From Vicinamibacteria bacterium (GTDB lineage: Bacteria > Acidobacteriota > Vicinamibacteria > Vicinamibacterales > UBA8438), in contig CAUZDY010000015.1 of assembly GCA_963578805.1 (NCBI GenBank), positions 542 through 64,541 on the forward strand: a stretch of DNA of 64,000 nucleotides, read 5' to 3'. Positions within the stretch are counted from its first letter, which is position 1. Every line of letters begins with the position of its first letter. Positions 55,015-64,000 of the stretch are shown here, piece by piece. A program made the position numbers and the translations under genes. Under the pieces are notes generated by a model, which was not told the DNA's origin, ran no database searches, and saw only the letters and a list, made by a program, of their open reading frames with translations.

Positions 55015-56547
55015 ATGCAAACCAAAACTGAGGGGACGGCAACATCATCCGCATTATCCATCAAAACCGCCTTGACATTCGACGACGTCTTGCTTGTACC
55101 ACGCCATTCACGGATCTTGCCAAGCCGCGTTGACGTCTCGACCCAAGTCACGCGTAACATCTCTCTGACCGTACCGCTGATGAGCGCCGCCATGGATACC
55201 GTCACAGAGTCTCGAATGGCGATCGCCATGGCTCAACTCGGTGGTATGGGCGTCATCCACAAAAACCTCAAGATCGCCGACCAGGCAGCTGAAGTCGACC
55301 GGGTTAAACGGTCAGAGAGTGGCATGATTGTCAATCCGATCACCTTGTCACCTCAGAGCAGCATCTTTCAAGCACTCGATCTGATGCGGAAGTATCGAAT
55401 CTCTGGTGTGCCTATTACCAACGACGGCCGTAACGAAGGACGCCTTGTCGGCATCCTGACCAACCGTGACCTGCGCTTCCAGGGTGATGTGCACCGTCCC
55501 ATATCAGAGGTAATGACTCGCGAGAATTTAATTACAGTGCCGGTCGGAACGACGCTCGATGAAGCCAAGGCGATTCTCCACCGACATCGCGTTGAAAAAC
55601 TGCTGGTCGTGGATGGAGACTTCAATCTCCGCGGACTAATCACCGTGAAGGACATACAGAAAGCAATTAAGTACCCAAACGCCTGTAAAGACCGCTTAGG
55701 GCGTCTAAGGGTCGGAGCGGCAGTCGGGATCGTCAGCGACACAATGGAGCGGGCCGAGGCACTCGTGGCCGCCCACGTGGACGTGCTCGTACTCGACAGC
55801 GCGCACGGTCATTCCCAGAACGTTCTCGACACTGCCAAGCGTCTTCGCCGCGCGTTTCCGTCGGTAGATCTAATTGCTGGGAACGTAGCCACTGCAGAAG
55901 GAATGGAGGCCTTGATCGAAACCGGAGTGGACGCCGTGAAGGTTGGAATCGGCTCAGGGTCGATCTGTACCACTCGTGTGGTGGCCGGCATCGGTGTGCC
56001 GATGATGACCGCTATCGCTGATTGTGCGGAGGCTGCGGCCCACCACGACATCCCGATTATCGCCGACGGTGGCGTAAGATTCTCGGGAGACATCACCAAG
56101 GCAATCGCCGTAGGCGCCAGTGCCGTGATGATAGGGAGTCTGTTTGCAGGGACTGACGAGGGACCCGGCGAGCTCATCCTGTATCAAGGCCGTAGCTTCA
56201 AGGAATACCGGGGGATGGGCTCGATTGGCGCGATGCGCCGCGGAAGTCGTGACCGATACTTTCAGGAGGAATTCGACCTCGACGGTCAAGTTTCGAATGA
56301 CGACACGAGCCAAAAACTTGTACCGGAGGGGATAGAGGGTCGAGTGCCGTACAAGGGGTCCGTCGGTGCGATGATCCATCAGCTGATCGGAGGCTTCCGG
56401 GCTGGAATGGGTTACTGTGGTGCTGAAACGATCCCCTTGCTTCGGCAGAACGCGCGACTCATCCGAATCACGCCAGCGGGCATCCGTGAAAGCCATGTGC
56501 ATGACGTGATCATTTCAAAGGAAGCTCCAAACTACCATAGCGAATAA
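55015..56547 (+). CDS. guaB: IMP dehydrogenase
   Basis: [10 protein letters not shown], tandem CBS domains, catalytic [11 protein letters not shown]. Start is ATG 55015 or 54997. Confidence 0.95.
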   Translation: MQTKTEGTATSSALSIKTALTFDDVLLVPRHSRILPSRVDVSTQVTRNISLTVPLMSAAMDTVTESRMAIAMAQLGGMGVIHKNLKIADQAAEVDRVKRSESGMIVNPITLSPQSSIFQALDLMRKYRISGVPITNDGRNEGRLVGILTNRDLRFQGDVHRPISEVMTRENLITVPVGTTLDEAKAILHRHRVEKLLVVDGDFNLRGLITVKDIQKAIKYPNACKDRLGRLRVGAAVGIVSDTMERAEALVAAHVDVLVLDSAHGHSQNVLDTAKRLRRAFPSVDLIAGNVATAEGMEALIETGVDAVKVGIGSGSICTTRVVAGIGVPMMTAIADCAEAAAHHDIPIIADGGVRFSGDITKAIAVGASAVMIGSLFAGTDEGPGELILYQGRSFKEYRGMGSIGAMRRGSRDRYFQEEFDLDGQVSNDDTSQKLVPEGIEGRVPYKGSVGAMIHQLIGGFRAGMGYCGAETIPLLRQNARLIRITPAGIRESHVHDVIISKEAPNYHSE

Positions 56548-56569
56548 CAAAACAGCAGAAACGACCGTG

Positions 56570-57025
56570 TTAGCGAGTGACAACCGGGTCAAGAGCCTCG
56601 ATGTCAGAGCCACTCGTGTTGATTCTAATCTCCCGTTTGTCAGCCCCCTGGTCATCAATATGGACGGCGACCGACCTCACCGGCACCAGCGGTAGTCTGT
56701 CAGCCCACTCAATCGCAACGAGTGCTAACGGTGTCGCGAGTTCGTCCAGGCCCAGCTCGTCAACCTCGAAAGATGTCACCCGGTAGAGATCGACGTGGTG
56801 CACGGTCAGGCGTCCTGCGTACGGCTGCAGGAGCGTAAACGTCGGACTCGAGACGTCGTCTGGGTTTCCTCCAGCACCTTCAACCAAGCCTCGAACAAAC
56901 GCCGTCTTCCCGGCGCCAAGCTCGCCGAACAGAAGAATCGTCGTCCCACCCTCCAGCTCAGCTACCAGCTGACGGGCGATCCGGATCGTTTCCTCCTCGC
57001 TATGACTTAGGTAGAAAGTATCCAC
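56570..57025 (-). CDS. tsaE: tRNA t6A37 biosynthesis ATPase TsaE
   Basis: GELGAGKTAFVRG P-loop, SPTFTL, HVDLYR. GTG start preceded by AGAGGA. Confidence 0.85.
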   Translation of the reverse strand: MDTFYLSHSEEETIRIARQLVAELEGGTTILLFGELGAGKTAFVRGLVEGAGGNPDDVSSPTFTLLQPYAGRLTVHHVDLYRVTSFEVDELGLDELATPLALVAIEWADRLPLVPVRSVAVHIDDQGADKREIRINTSGSDIEALDPVVTR

Positions 57026-57278
57026 GTCCTCTATGGGCCATCATCACATCTAGAACTCTGATTCCGGCTCGCTGAAAGTCACACCGACCTCTTCGCAGTC
57101 GGCTCCACGAGCAGCACACGGAACTCTAACACCGTACAACAGAGCTGCTGATTTGTCGGCAGGCGAAAACGCCACAAGACGAACCCCGCAGTTCAATTCA
57201 TTGCCTCAATCACCGCAAGAACCATGCACGCGTTACGGCGCGTAGCCTGCGCGCGAAAGTCCTCCCGACAGGAGGCTT

Positions 57279-58847
57279 TCAGTCGCTGACTGATGGTTCG
57301 GTCACCTCGCGCGACGCCTGACCCAAGTGGGCAACCAGATCAGATGCCACCAGAGCTATTTCTCCGCGCTCATCGGCTGCCAAGTCACCGGCTAGGCCGT
57401 GAAGAAAGACAGCGACTTGACAGGCGTGTTCTGGCCGCCTCAACTGTGCGAGCCATGCAGCCGTCATGCCGGTCAGCACGTCACCCACACCGCCGGTCGA
57501 CATCCCAGGATTTCCGGTAAGATTGATCCACATAGCCCCTTCTGGATCAGCAATGACGGTTCCAGAGCCTTTAAGCATTACAAAAATCTGGTGCTCCGTG
57601 GCAAAGCGACGCGCAGTATTCAATCGGTCAGCCTGAACCTCAGCCGAAGTGACTTGACAGAGTCTCGCCATCTCACCAGGATGCGGAGTGATGATGATCG
57701 AAATGCCGTCACGACCCGCGAGACGGCTCGGATCCATCTCAAAGACGTTGAGTGCATCGGCATCGAGAACCAGCGAGACACTGGATCGCTCGACGAGTCC
57801 ATGAACTAGAGCCGACACCGCATCCGACGCCCCAAGTCCTGGTCCCACCGCAATCGCGTCGCAGTCAAACTCGAGAATCATCTCGAGGGCCTCGGCAGCC
57901 ACTGTGCCTTCTTCGTTCTCTGGTAACGGCAGTGTCATATACTCCGGCACCGCTGTCGATACCGACGTGACGCAGCCACACGGAGTCGCCACGGTCACTA
58001 ATCCTGCGCCCGACCGCAACGCGCCCAGACCAGCCAACACCGCAGCCCCGGACTTACCCACACTGCCAGCCACCACAAGGACGTGACCGAACTGGCCTTT
58101 GTGCGTGTCGTCAGGTCTAGGAGGTATGAGAGATTCGACCTCCTCAGGTATGAGGAGCTCCAGTTGTTTCCCTGGCACGGCATCGATCACTCCAGCCGGA
58201 ATGCCGATATCGGCTATCACTACGTCACCCGCCAAGGACTTAGCCGGAGCTAATAACAGTGCCAGTTTTGGGGCGGCAAGCGCCACAGTAACATCGGCCT
58301 TGATTGCCTCGCCGATCGGATTGGTTAGGTCGGCCGACAGCCCACTGGGCAGGTCGATGGCGACCACGGGCACGTCCTGCGCATTAACGTCTCCGACCAC
58401 CAAGCTTGAGAGACCGTCAAGCGGTCGGTTCAGCCCGGTCCCGAAGATGGCATCGACCAGCACTTCGCATTCGTCAATCCCAGACCGCGCGCCATACCAG
58501 CTGTCACGATCCGGAACCTCGATGATTGACAACCCGAGGTTCTCAGCGGCATGTAGGTTCTTGCCGGTGTCTCCCACGACGTCTTCGGCTCTGCTCAGTA
58601 GAAATACGCGGACGGTCAATCCCTGCTGCGACAGCAGTCTGGCTACTACAAGACCGTCACCGCCGTTGTTGCCACGTCCACAAATAATCCCGACGCACCG
58701 GCGCTCCAAGTTGTCGATCGTCGCGTTCATTGCCGAGACGATCTGGCGCCCGGCATTCTCCATCAGCGCCATTGACGGGATCCCGACCTCCTCGATCGTC
58801 CGTCGATCAGCCTCCCGCATCTGTTCCGACGTAAGCACCCTCATCAC
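57279..58847 (-). CDS. nnr: bifunctional NAD(P)H-hydrate repair enzyme Nnr (epimerase plus ADP-dependent dehydratase)
   Basis: YjeF-N domain (CGRGNNGGDGLVVAR) fused to a carbohydrate-kinase-like domain (KGQFGHVLVVAGS.., GMSTGGVGDVLTG). Confidence 0.9.
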   Translation of the reverse strand: MMRVLTSEQMREADRRTIEEVGIPSMALMENAGRQIVSAMNATIDNLERRCVGIICGRGNNGGDGLVVARLLSQQGLTVRVFLLSRAEDVVGDTGKNLHAAENLGLSIIEVPDRDSWYGARSGIDECEVLVDAIFGTGLNRPLDGLSSLVVGDVNAQDVPVVAIDLPSGLSADLTNPIGEAIKADVTVALAAPKLALLLAPAKSLAGDVVIADIGIPAGVIDAVPGKQLELLIPEEVESLIPPRPDDTHKGQFGHVLVVAGSVGKSGAAVLAGLGALRSGAGLVTVATPCGCVTSVSTAVPEYMTLPLPENEEGTVAAEALEMILEFDCDAIAVGPGLGASDAVSALVHGLVERSSVSLVLDADALNVFEMDPSRLAGRDGISIIITPHPGEMARLCQVTSAEVQADRLNTARRFATEHQIFVMLKGSGTVIADPEGAMWINLTGNPGMSTGGVGDVLTGMTAAWLAQLRRPEHACQVAVFLHGLAGDLAADERGEIALVASDLVAHLGQASREVTEPSVSD

Positions 58848-58900
58848 CGGTTACCCATCATCGGTCGGATTATATGTCCGTCTAGGCGATAATAGAGGAC

Positions 58901-59797
58901 GTGGAAGAATCACCGTTCAACTCAACGGTTTACGTGAATGGGACGATTAGCGATGGCGCAGTCGCAGTGGTTCCGGTGTTCGATCATGGATTCCTGTACG
59001 GCGAAGGGGTCTACGAAACCCTCCGAACCTACCGTCAGTCTCCTTTTCTCCTGGACCGGCATCTGACTCGTCTCAGAACTTCTGCATCACTCATAAACCT
59101 GACAATCCCGCAAGACGACTCCGAATTAGCCGCTGCGATCACCACGACAATGCGTCACGCAGCGCTCAAGGGTGAACAGTATGTTCGACTTATCGTCACC
59201 CGCGGCGTTGGCGACCTTAGCTACGATCCGGCCGGCTGTCCCACACCGACGGTAATAATCATCGTCAAGACCCATCGCGAAACTTCTCCAGAAAACATGG
59301 AGAACGGGATCCGGATCATCATTTCATCAATCTTGCGGAATCATCCCGAGGCTGTTAACCCTCGAATCAAGTCCAATAATCTCTTGAACAGCGCCCTCGC
59401 CATGCAGGAAGCGATTCAAGCGGGCGCCCAGGAGGCTCTTATGCGCAATTACCGAGGCGAGCTCTCAGAATGCTCGCAGTCCAATATCTTCCTTGTTAAG
59501 GAGAGTAAGGTTCTCACACCATCCCTCGAATCAGGTCTCTTGGAAGGGGTTACGCGGAACTTTGTTTTCGAGATCGGTGCCCATACCGGCTTCACGGTTC
59601 GCGAGACAGTCTTAGGAGACTCGGATGTGCACGAGGCTGACGAGATCTTCATTACGAGCACGACTCGTGAAATCCTTCCCGTAACACGCGTAGAAGACCG
59701 CACCGTTGGATCAGGTGCACCGGGGCCGGTAACGCTAGCCCTAGCGGCTGCGTTTCGTCGTCAGGCAGAGCTTCTCTCAGGTGGCTCAGACCCGTAA
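58901..59797 (+). CDS. class IV (branched-chain/D-amino-acid) aminotransferase family protein
   Basis: FDHGFLYGEGVYETLRTY, fold-type IV pattern IKSNNLLNSALA.., ITSTTREILPV. GTG start. Confidence 0.8.
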   Translation: MEESPFNSTVYVNGTISDGAVAVVPVFDHGFLYGEGVYETLRTYRQSPFLLDRHLTRLRTSASLINLTIPQDDSELAAAITTTMRHAALKGEQYVRLIVTRGVGDLSYDPAGCPTPTVIIIVKTHRETSPENMENGIRIIISSILRNHPEAVNPRIKSNNLLNSALAMQEAIQAGAQEALMRNYRGELSECSQSNIFLVKESKVLTPSLESGLLEGVTRNFVFEIGAHTGFTVRETVLGDSDVHEADEIFITSTTREILPVTRVEDRTVGSGAPGPVTLALAAAFRRQAELLSGGSDP

Positions 59798-59805
59798 ATG
59801 GGTGG

Positions 59806-62739
59806 CTAGCTGACTTCCTGGGTGTCGGCATATACGTCAGTCGGCGGACAGGCGCAGATGAGATGGCGGTCGCCGTGCGCATCGTCAATCCGGCTTATCG
59901 GTGGCCAGTACTTACGCCCACGGACAAAAGGGAGTGGAAACGCCGCCTGCTCCCGTGAATACGGATGGGTCCACTTTGTCGCGGTGAGCTCTTCAGCGGT
60001 GTGAGGAGCATTTCTGAGCACGTTATCCACCCGGTCTGCAGCACCGTCGATCACGTCTTGGATTTCTTGCCTGATCCGAATCATCGCGTCACAGAACCGG
60101 TCGAGTTCCTCCAGCGGTTCGCTCTCTGTCGGTTCAACCATTAGCGTGCCAGGGACAGGAAACGATACCGTCGGTGCGTGAAATCCAAGGTCCATTAATC
60201 GCTTGGCCACATCCTGCTCGGTAACATCCGCCGCTGAACGGAAGGGCCGCAAATCAAAAATAACCTCATGCGCCACTCTACCGTTCGCACCTGTATAGAG
60301 CACGTCAAAGGATGATTCGAGCCGTGACTTCATGTAGTTCGCACTGAGCATCGCCACGCTCGTCGCCTGAGTCATGCCCTCCGCACCCAACAGACAAATA
60401 TACGCGTGAGAGATCAAGAGAATACTGGCACTACCCCACGGGGCCGCCGCAATCGGCCGGATCGGATCTGACCCGCCAGTCGGCACCACCGGATGGCCGG
60501 GCAGATAGGGAGCAAGGTGAGCAGCGACGGCGATCGGGCCCATGCCCGGCCCTCCGCCTCCGTGAGGAATCGCGAACGTCTTGTGGAGGTTAAGGTGGCA
60601 CACATCGGCGCCGATGGCCGCCGGGTTGGTTAGTCCCACCTGTGCGTTCATGTTGGCTCCGTCCATATACACCTGACCACCCTCGGCATGAACGGTGGCA
60701 CAGATCTCCTTGACCGACTCCTCGAAGACACCATGGGTTGACGGGTACGTAATCATCAACGCGTTAAGTCGGTCACCATGTTCCGCTGTTTTCGCCTTCA
60801 GATCGTCGACATCGACATTACCGTTCTTGTCGCAGGCAACTATCACGATTCGCATACCGGCCATCGCTGCGCTCGCCGGATTTGTCCCGTGGGCTGACGA
60901 GGGGATCAAGACCACATCGCGCTGCTGGCCACCGTGGGCGTAATGGTAGGCGCGAATGACCATCAGCCCAGCGAATTCGCCCTGTGCGCCCGAGTTTGGC
61001 TGCAATGAGACAGCGGGCAACCCAGTGATCTTTTGGAGCGCTGCCTCCAACTCAGCAAACAGTTTCCCATACCCCGCGGCCTGTTCCGGCGGAACATACG
61101 GATGAAGTTCACCGAATTCAGCCCACGTAAGCGGCCGAAGCTCTGTTGCAGCGGTCAGTTTCATTGTGCATGACCCGAGTGGGATCATCGATGTATCCAG
61201 CGCGAGGTCTTTGCGCTCCAATTGCTTCAGATACCGCATCATCTGAAGCTCTGAGTGATACATATTAAAGACCGGATGACTGAGGAAATCGCTGGTGCGG
61301 CGAACGGTCACCGGTAGCTCCGATGGTCCACTCGCGGGCACCCCAGCAGAGACTCCATGCTCTCCGCCGAAAACGGCAAGGATCGCATCTACGTCGGCTA
61401 TCGTTGTAGTCTCATCGAACGAAATTCCGATCTCGCTCTCAGCGAAGTACCTGAAGTTCATCCCTGCCGCCTCCGCCACACGTCGGACCCGGTCAGCGGC
61501 ATTAACCGACTCCATCGACAGGTGTAAGGTGTCGAAGAAGCACTCGTTTCGCTGCGCAATACCCAGCGCCGATAACCGACCGGCCAGCTCTGCCGCAAGT
61601 CCGTGAACTCGGCGCGCAATGACCCTCAATCCCTCCGGCCCATGGTAGACCGCGTAAAGACCAGCCATGTTGGCCAGTAACGCCTGCGCTGTACAGATAT
61701 TCGACGTTGCCCGTTCGCGGCGGATGTGCTGTTCGCGCGTCTGTAAAGCCATCCGATACGCACCGCGCCCGCGTCGGTCGACAGAGACACCGATTAGCCG
61801 GCCCGGCAGTTGGCGTACATAATTTTTTCGGCTCGCGAAAAACGCAGCATGCGGTCCTCCATATCCCATGGGAACCCCGAAACGCTGTGCGCTACCGAAA
61901 ACGATGTCCGCACCTAACTCACCCGGTGGTTTAATCATTGTAAGGGCCAACAGGTCGGTTGCCACCGCCACCAACGCCCCGGTCTCATGGGCGCTTGCGA
62001 TTGCATCCTCAAGCGGTCGAACCGCTCCATTAGCATCCGGATACTGGAGTAGGACACCAAACGTTTGGTCGTCAACCGTGAGCACATCACCCGACTGCAC
62101 GACCACCTCAACCCCGAGTGGCTCGGCGCGTCCGCGCACAAGTTCGATCGTCTGTGGGAAACACGTATCACTAACCACAAAGCGATCACCACGTTTTGTC
62201 CCTTGGGATCCAACTCGATGCAGGAGCGCCATCGCCTCCGCCGCGGCTGTCGCCTCGTCGAGTAGAGAGGCGTTGGCCACCTCCATCGCCGTCAAGTCCT
62301 TGACCATCGTCTGAAAATTCAACAACGCCTCGAGACGTCCCTGCGCCACCTCGGCCTGGTAGGGCGTGTAGGGCGTGTACCATCCTGGATTCTCTAGCAC
62401 GTTGCGAAGGATAACGCTCGGCGTGATCGTGCCGTAGTACCCCAGCCCGATGAACGAGTGGTAAACCGCGTTACAACTGGCCATGGCCTTCATCCGTGCC
62501 AGGTATTCCGACTCCGACTCGGCCGGCGGAAGTTCAAGTGACGCCTCACAGCGAATCCCGGCCGGGACAACCTCGGCCATCAAAGCGCTCAGCGAAGACG
62601 CACCGACCACGCCCAACATGTCGCCAATATCATCCTGACCGGGCCCGATGTGACGACGAGCGAACGTGTCGCTGGGTCGAAAATCGATCCTCGTAACATC
62701 CGGTGATGCTTTTGGCGGGTGGGACATTCCAGACCCCAA
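59806..62739 (-). CDS. gcvP: glycine dehydrogenase (decarboxylating), single-chain P protein
   Basis: 977 aa. PLP-lysine region HLNLHKTFAIPHGGGGPG. Follows gcvH. Confidence 0.97.
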   Translation of the reverse strand: MGSGMSHPPKASPDVTRIDFRPSDTFARRHIGPGQDDIGDMLGVVGASSLSALMAEVVPAGIRCEASLELPPAESESEYLARMKAMASCNAVYHSFIGLGYYGTITPSVILRNVLENPGWYTPYTPYQAEVAQGRLEALLNFQTMVKDLTAMEVANASLLDEATAAAEAMALLHRVGSQGTKRGDRFVVSDTCFPQTIELVRGRAEPLGVEVVVQSGDVLTVDDQTFGVLLQYPDANGAVRPLEDAIASAHETGALVAVATDLLALTMIKPPGELGADIVFGSAQRFGVPMGYGGPHAAFFASRKNYVRQLPGRLIGVSVDRRGRGAYRMALQTREQHIRRERATSNICTAQALLANMAGLYAVYHGPEGLRVIARRVHGLAAELAGRLSALGIAQRNECFFDTLHLSMESVNAADRVRRVAEAAGMNFRYFAESEIGISFDETTTIADVDAILAVFGGEHGVSAGVPASGPSELPVTVRRTSDFLSHPVFNMYHSELQMMRYLKQLERKDLALDTSMIPLGSCTMKLTAATELRPLTWAEFGELHPYVPPEQAAGYGKLFAELEAALQKITGLPAVSLQPNSGAQGEFAGLMVIRAYHYAHGGQQRDVVLIPSSAHGTNPASAAMAGMRIVIVACDKNGNVDVDDLKAKTAEHGDRLNALMITYPSTHGVFEESVKEICATVHAEGGQVYMDGANMNAQVGLTNPAAIGADVCHLNLHKTFAIPHGGGGPGMGPIAVAAHLAPYLPGHPVVPTGGSDPIRPIAAAPWGSASILLISHAYICLLGAEGMTQATSVAMLSANYMKSRLESSFDVLYTGANGRVAHEVIFDLRPFRSAADVTEQDVAKRLMDLGFHAPTVSFPVPGTLMVEPTESEPLEELDRFCDAMIRIRQEIQDVIDGAADRVDNVLRNAPHTAEELTATKWTHPYSREQAAFPLPFVRGRKYWPPISRIDDAHGDRHLICACPPTDVYADTQEVS

Positions 62740-63111
62740 CTAAGCCACCAACTCGGAATACGTGTCGGCGTCGAGTAACCTTGACAGCTCGTCGGGATCG
62801 GATAGCTTAATGGCGATCAACCACGTCTCGTGTGCCTGTTTGTTCACCGACTCAGGGCTTTCGCTTAGGACCGTGTTAAGTTCGACTACTTCGCCGGATA
62901 CGGGGCAGTACAGATCGGAGACCGCCTTCACCGACTCAATTGACCCAAACTGCTCTCCCTGCTTAAAACTCCTACCGACGTCCGGTAGCTCAACGTAGAC
63001 CACATCCCCCAGTTGTTGCTGTGCGTAGTCCGTAATTCCGACACGCCCAATTTTACCGGTTACGCTGATCCATTCATGGTCCGTGCTGTACTTTAAATCC
63101 GCAGGGTACAT
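62740..63111 (-). CDS. gcvH: glycine cleavage system H protein
   Basis: HEWI, lipoyl-lysine motif ESVKAVSDLY. Confidence 0.95.
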   Translation of the reverse strand: MYPADLKYSTDHEWISVTGKIGRVGITDYAQQQLGDVVYVELPDVGRSFKQGEQFGSIESVKAVSDLYCPVSGEVVELNTVLSESPESVNKQAHETWLIAIKLSDPDELSRLLDADTYSELVA

Positions 63112-63157
63112 ACAAATTGACTCCTCACCAGCAGGACATACTGCTCAGTAAAACTTC

Positions 63158-64000
63158 TTACGTGCGTTTGTAGAATGGCATCTTCACCACCTGAGCCGTG
63201 ACATGTCGATCTCGAACCGCGACCGCGATCTCGGTTCCCACTACACTTGCCTCAACCGGCACATACGCCATCCCGATTGCCTTCTTGAGATACGGCGTTC
63301 TCGTGCCGCTGGTGACTGCTCCGACCTTGTCACCGCCGACGTAGACCGCATACCCATGGCGTGCGATCCCTCGATCGACCATTTCGAACCCGACGAGCTT
63401 TCGAGATACGCCTTCAGCTCTCTGTTTCATCAACGCCTCGCGACCGTTAAATAATGGTTTATCCCACCCAACCACCCAGTCCAGTCCGGCTTCAAGAACG
63501 GTTGTTTTTTCATCAATGTCGTTTCCATGAAGACGCATGGAAGCTTCCAATCGCAGCGTGTCACGGGCTCCAAGTCCGACCGGTTTAATCCCTGCCGAGT
63601 GTCCGGCCGCGAGCACGGCATCCCACACCTGCTCCACCGACTGCGGTGACACAAACACCTCAAATCCGTCCTCACCCGTATAGCCAGTCCTAGAAATGGT
63701 CGCACGAGCACTCGCCACTTCTCCCGATGCAAACCGATAGTATCCAATGGAGTCGAGTTCCACGCCGGTCAGCGGTTGGAGGACGTCGCGTGCTAGAGGC
63801 CCCTGCACCGCAAGCAGCGCATAGCGACTACTCGAATTGACCGAAACCGCATCGCCGAACGACGCGATCTCCTGTTTAATCCATCCTGCGTCTTTCGCGA
63901 TGTTCGCCGCGTTGATCACGAGGAGATAGTGGGCATCCGCCAACCGAAACACAAGTAGGTCGTCGACACACGTACCATCATGAGCCGTCAACACCGAATA
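63158..64000 (-). CDS. gcvT: glycine cleavage aminomethyltransferase (T protein), N-terminus outside the window
   Basis: Frame is open to the window end. RTGYTGEDGFE, GLGARDTLRLE motifs. gcvT-gcvH-gcvP order. Confidence 0.9.
   Translation of the reverse strand, partial: YSVLTAHDGTCVDDLLVFRLADAHYLLVINAANIAKDAGWIKQEIASFGDAVSVNSSSRYALLAVQGPLARDVLQPLTGVELDSIGYYRFASGEVASARATISRTGYTGEDGFEVFVSPQSVEQVWDAVLAAGHSAGIKPVGLGARDTLRLEASMRLHGNDIDEKTTVLEAGLDWVVGWDKPLFNGREALMKQRAEGVSRKLVGFEMVDRGIARHGYAVYVGGDKVGAVTSGTRTPYLKKAIGMAYVPVEASVVGTEIAVAVRDRHVTAQVVKMPFYKRT

Noticed and set aside
58099-58950. 283-aa plus-strand ORF
   Set aside because: It is antisense to nnr, whose motifs are unambiguous. It is a Ser/Pro/Thr-rich shadow ORF.
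1-64000. CRISPR arrays, tRNA/rRNA genes, IS elements, integrases other than xerD, toxin-antitoxin pairs and known defence systems
   Set aside because: I noticed no repeat-spacer periodicity, no tRNA T-loop/acceptor patterns in the intergenic gaps, and no transposase or phage-like ORFs. The window looks like core chromosome. A tRNAscan, Infernal or defence-finder run would be needed to be certain.

Overview
Densely coding 64-kb chromosomal segment from a diderm (LPS-bearing) bacterium with moderately high GC. I call about 55 protein-coding genes. I recognised no rRNA, tRNA, CRISPR array, transposase/IS or prophage genes. The phylum cannot be determined from the sequence alone; some traits (GspG-like pseudopilins combined with PilMNOP, fused LptF-LptG, long-form Asd) loosely suggest Acidobacteriota/Gemmatimonadota-like lineages, with low confidence. 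Most content is housekeeping. In order: a long lptA-like gene, lptB, rpoN, rapZ; tolQ-tolR-tolA-tolB-pal-cpoB followed by ssb; recN-miaB-DUF151; parAB; fused lptFG; a PHP phosphoesterase; metK; xerD; two uncharacterised periplasmic proteins; an aspartate-family operon hom-thrC-X-lysC-asd; two Na+/solute symporters flanking a serine hydrolase; an 11-gene type II secretion / type IV pilus-like cluster; a lytic transglycosylase and a lipoprotein; a BMC-H shell gene plus an acylating aldehyde dehydrogenase; an M23 peptidase; secA; guaB; tsaE; nnr; a class IV aminotransferase; gcvT-gcvH-gcvP. Five things seem most worth a second look. (1) An orphan two-gene microcompartment module: one PduA-like BMC-H plus an aldehyde dehydrogenase with a bipartite C-terminal tail, with no vertex protein or other metabolosome genes anywhere in the window. 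(2) A lipidated secretin with an N-terminal TPR module and a C-terminal cohesin-like domain, inside a hybrid T2SS/T4P cluster. (3) A terminator/antiterminator leader with a Thr-rich small ORF upstream of hom. (4) An LOR/SDH (ornithine-cyclodeaminase-like) gene sitting where thrB usually sits. (5) Covalent fusions or expansions in the Lpt machinery. All functional calls rest on motif recognition by eye and remembered family signatures. No database search was run.
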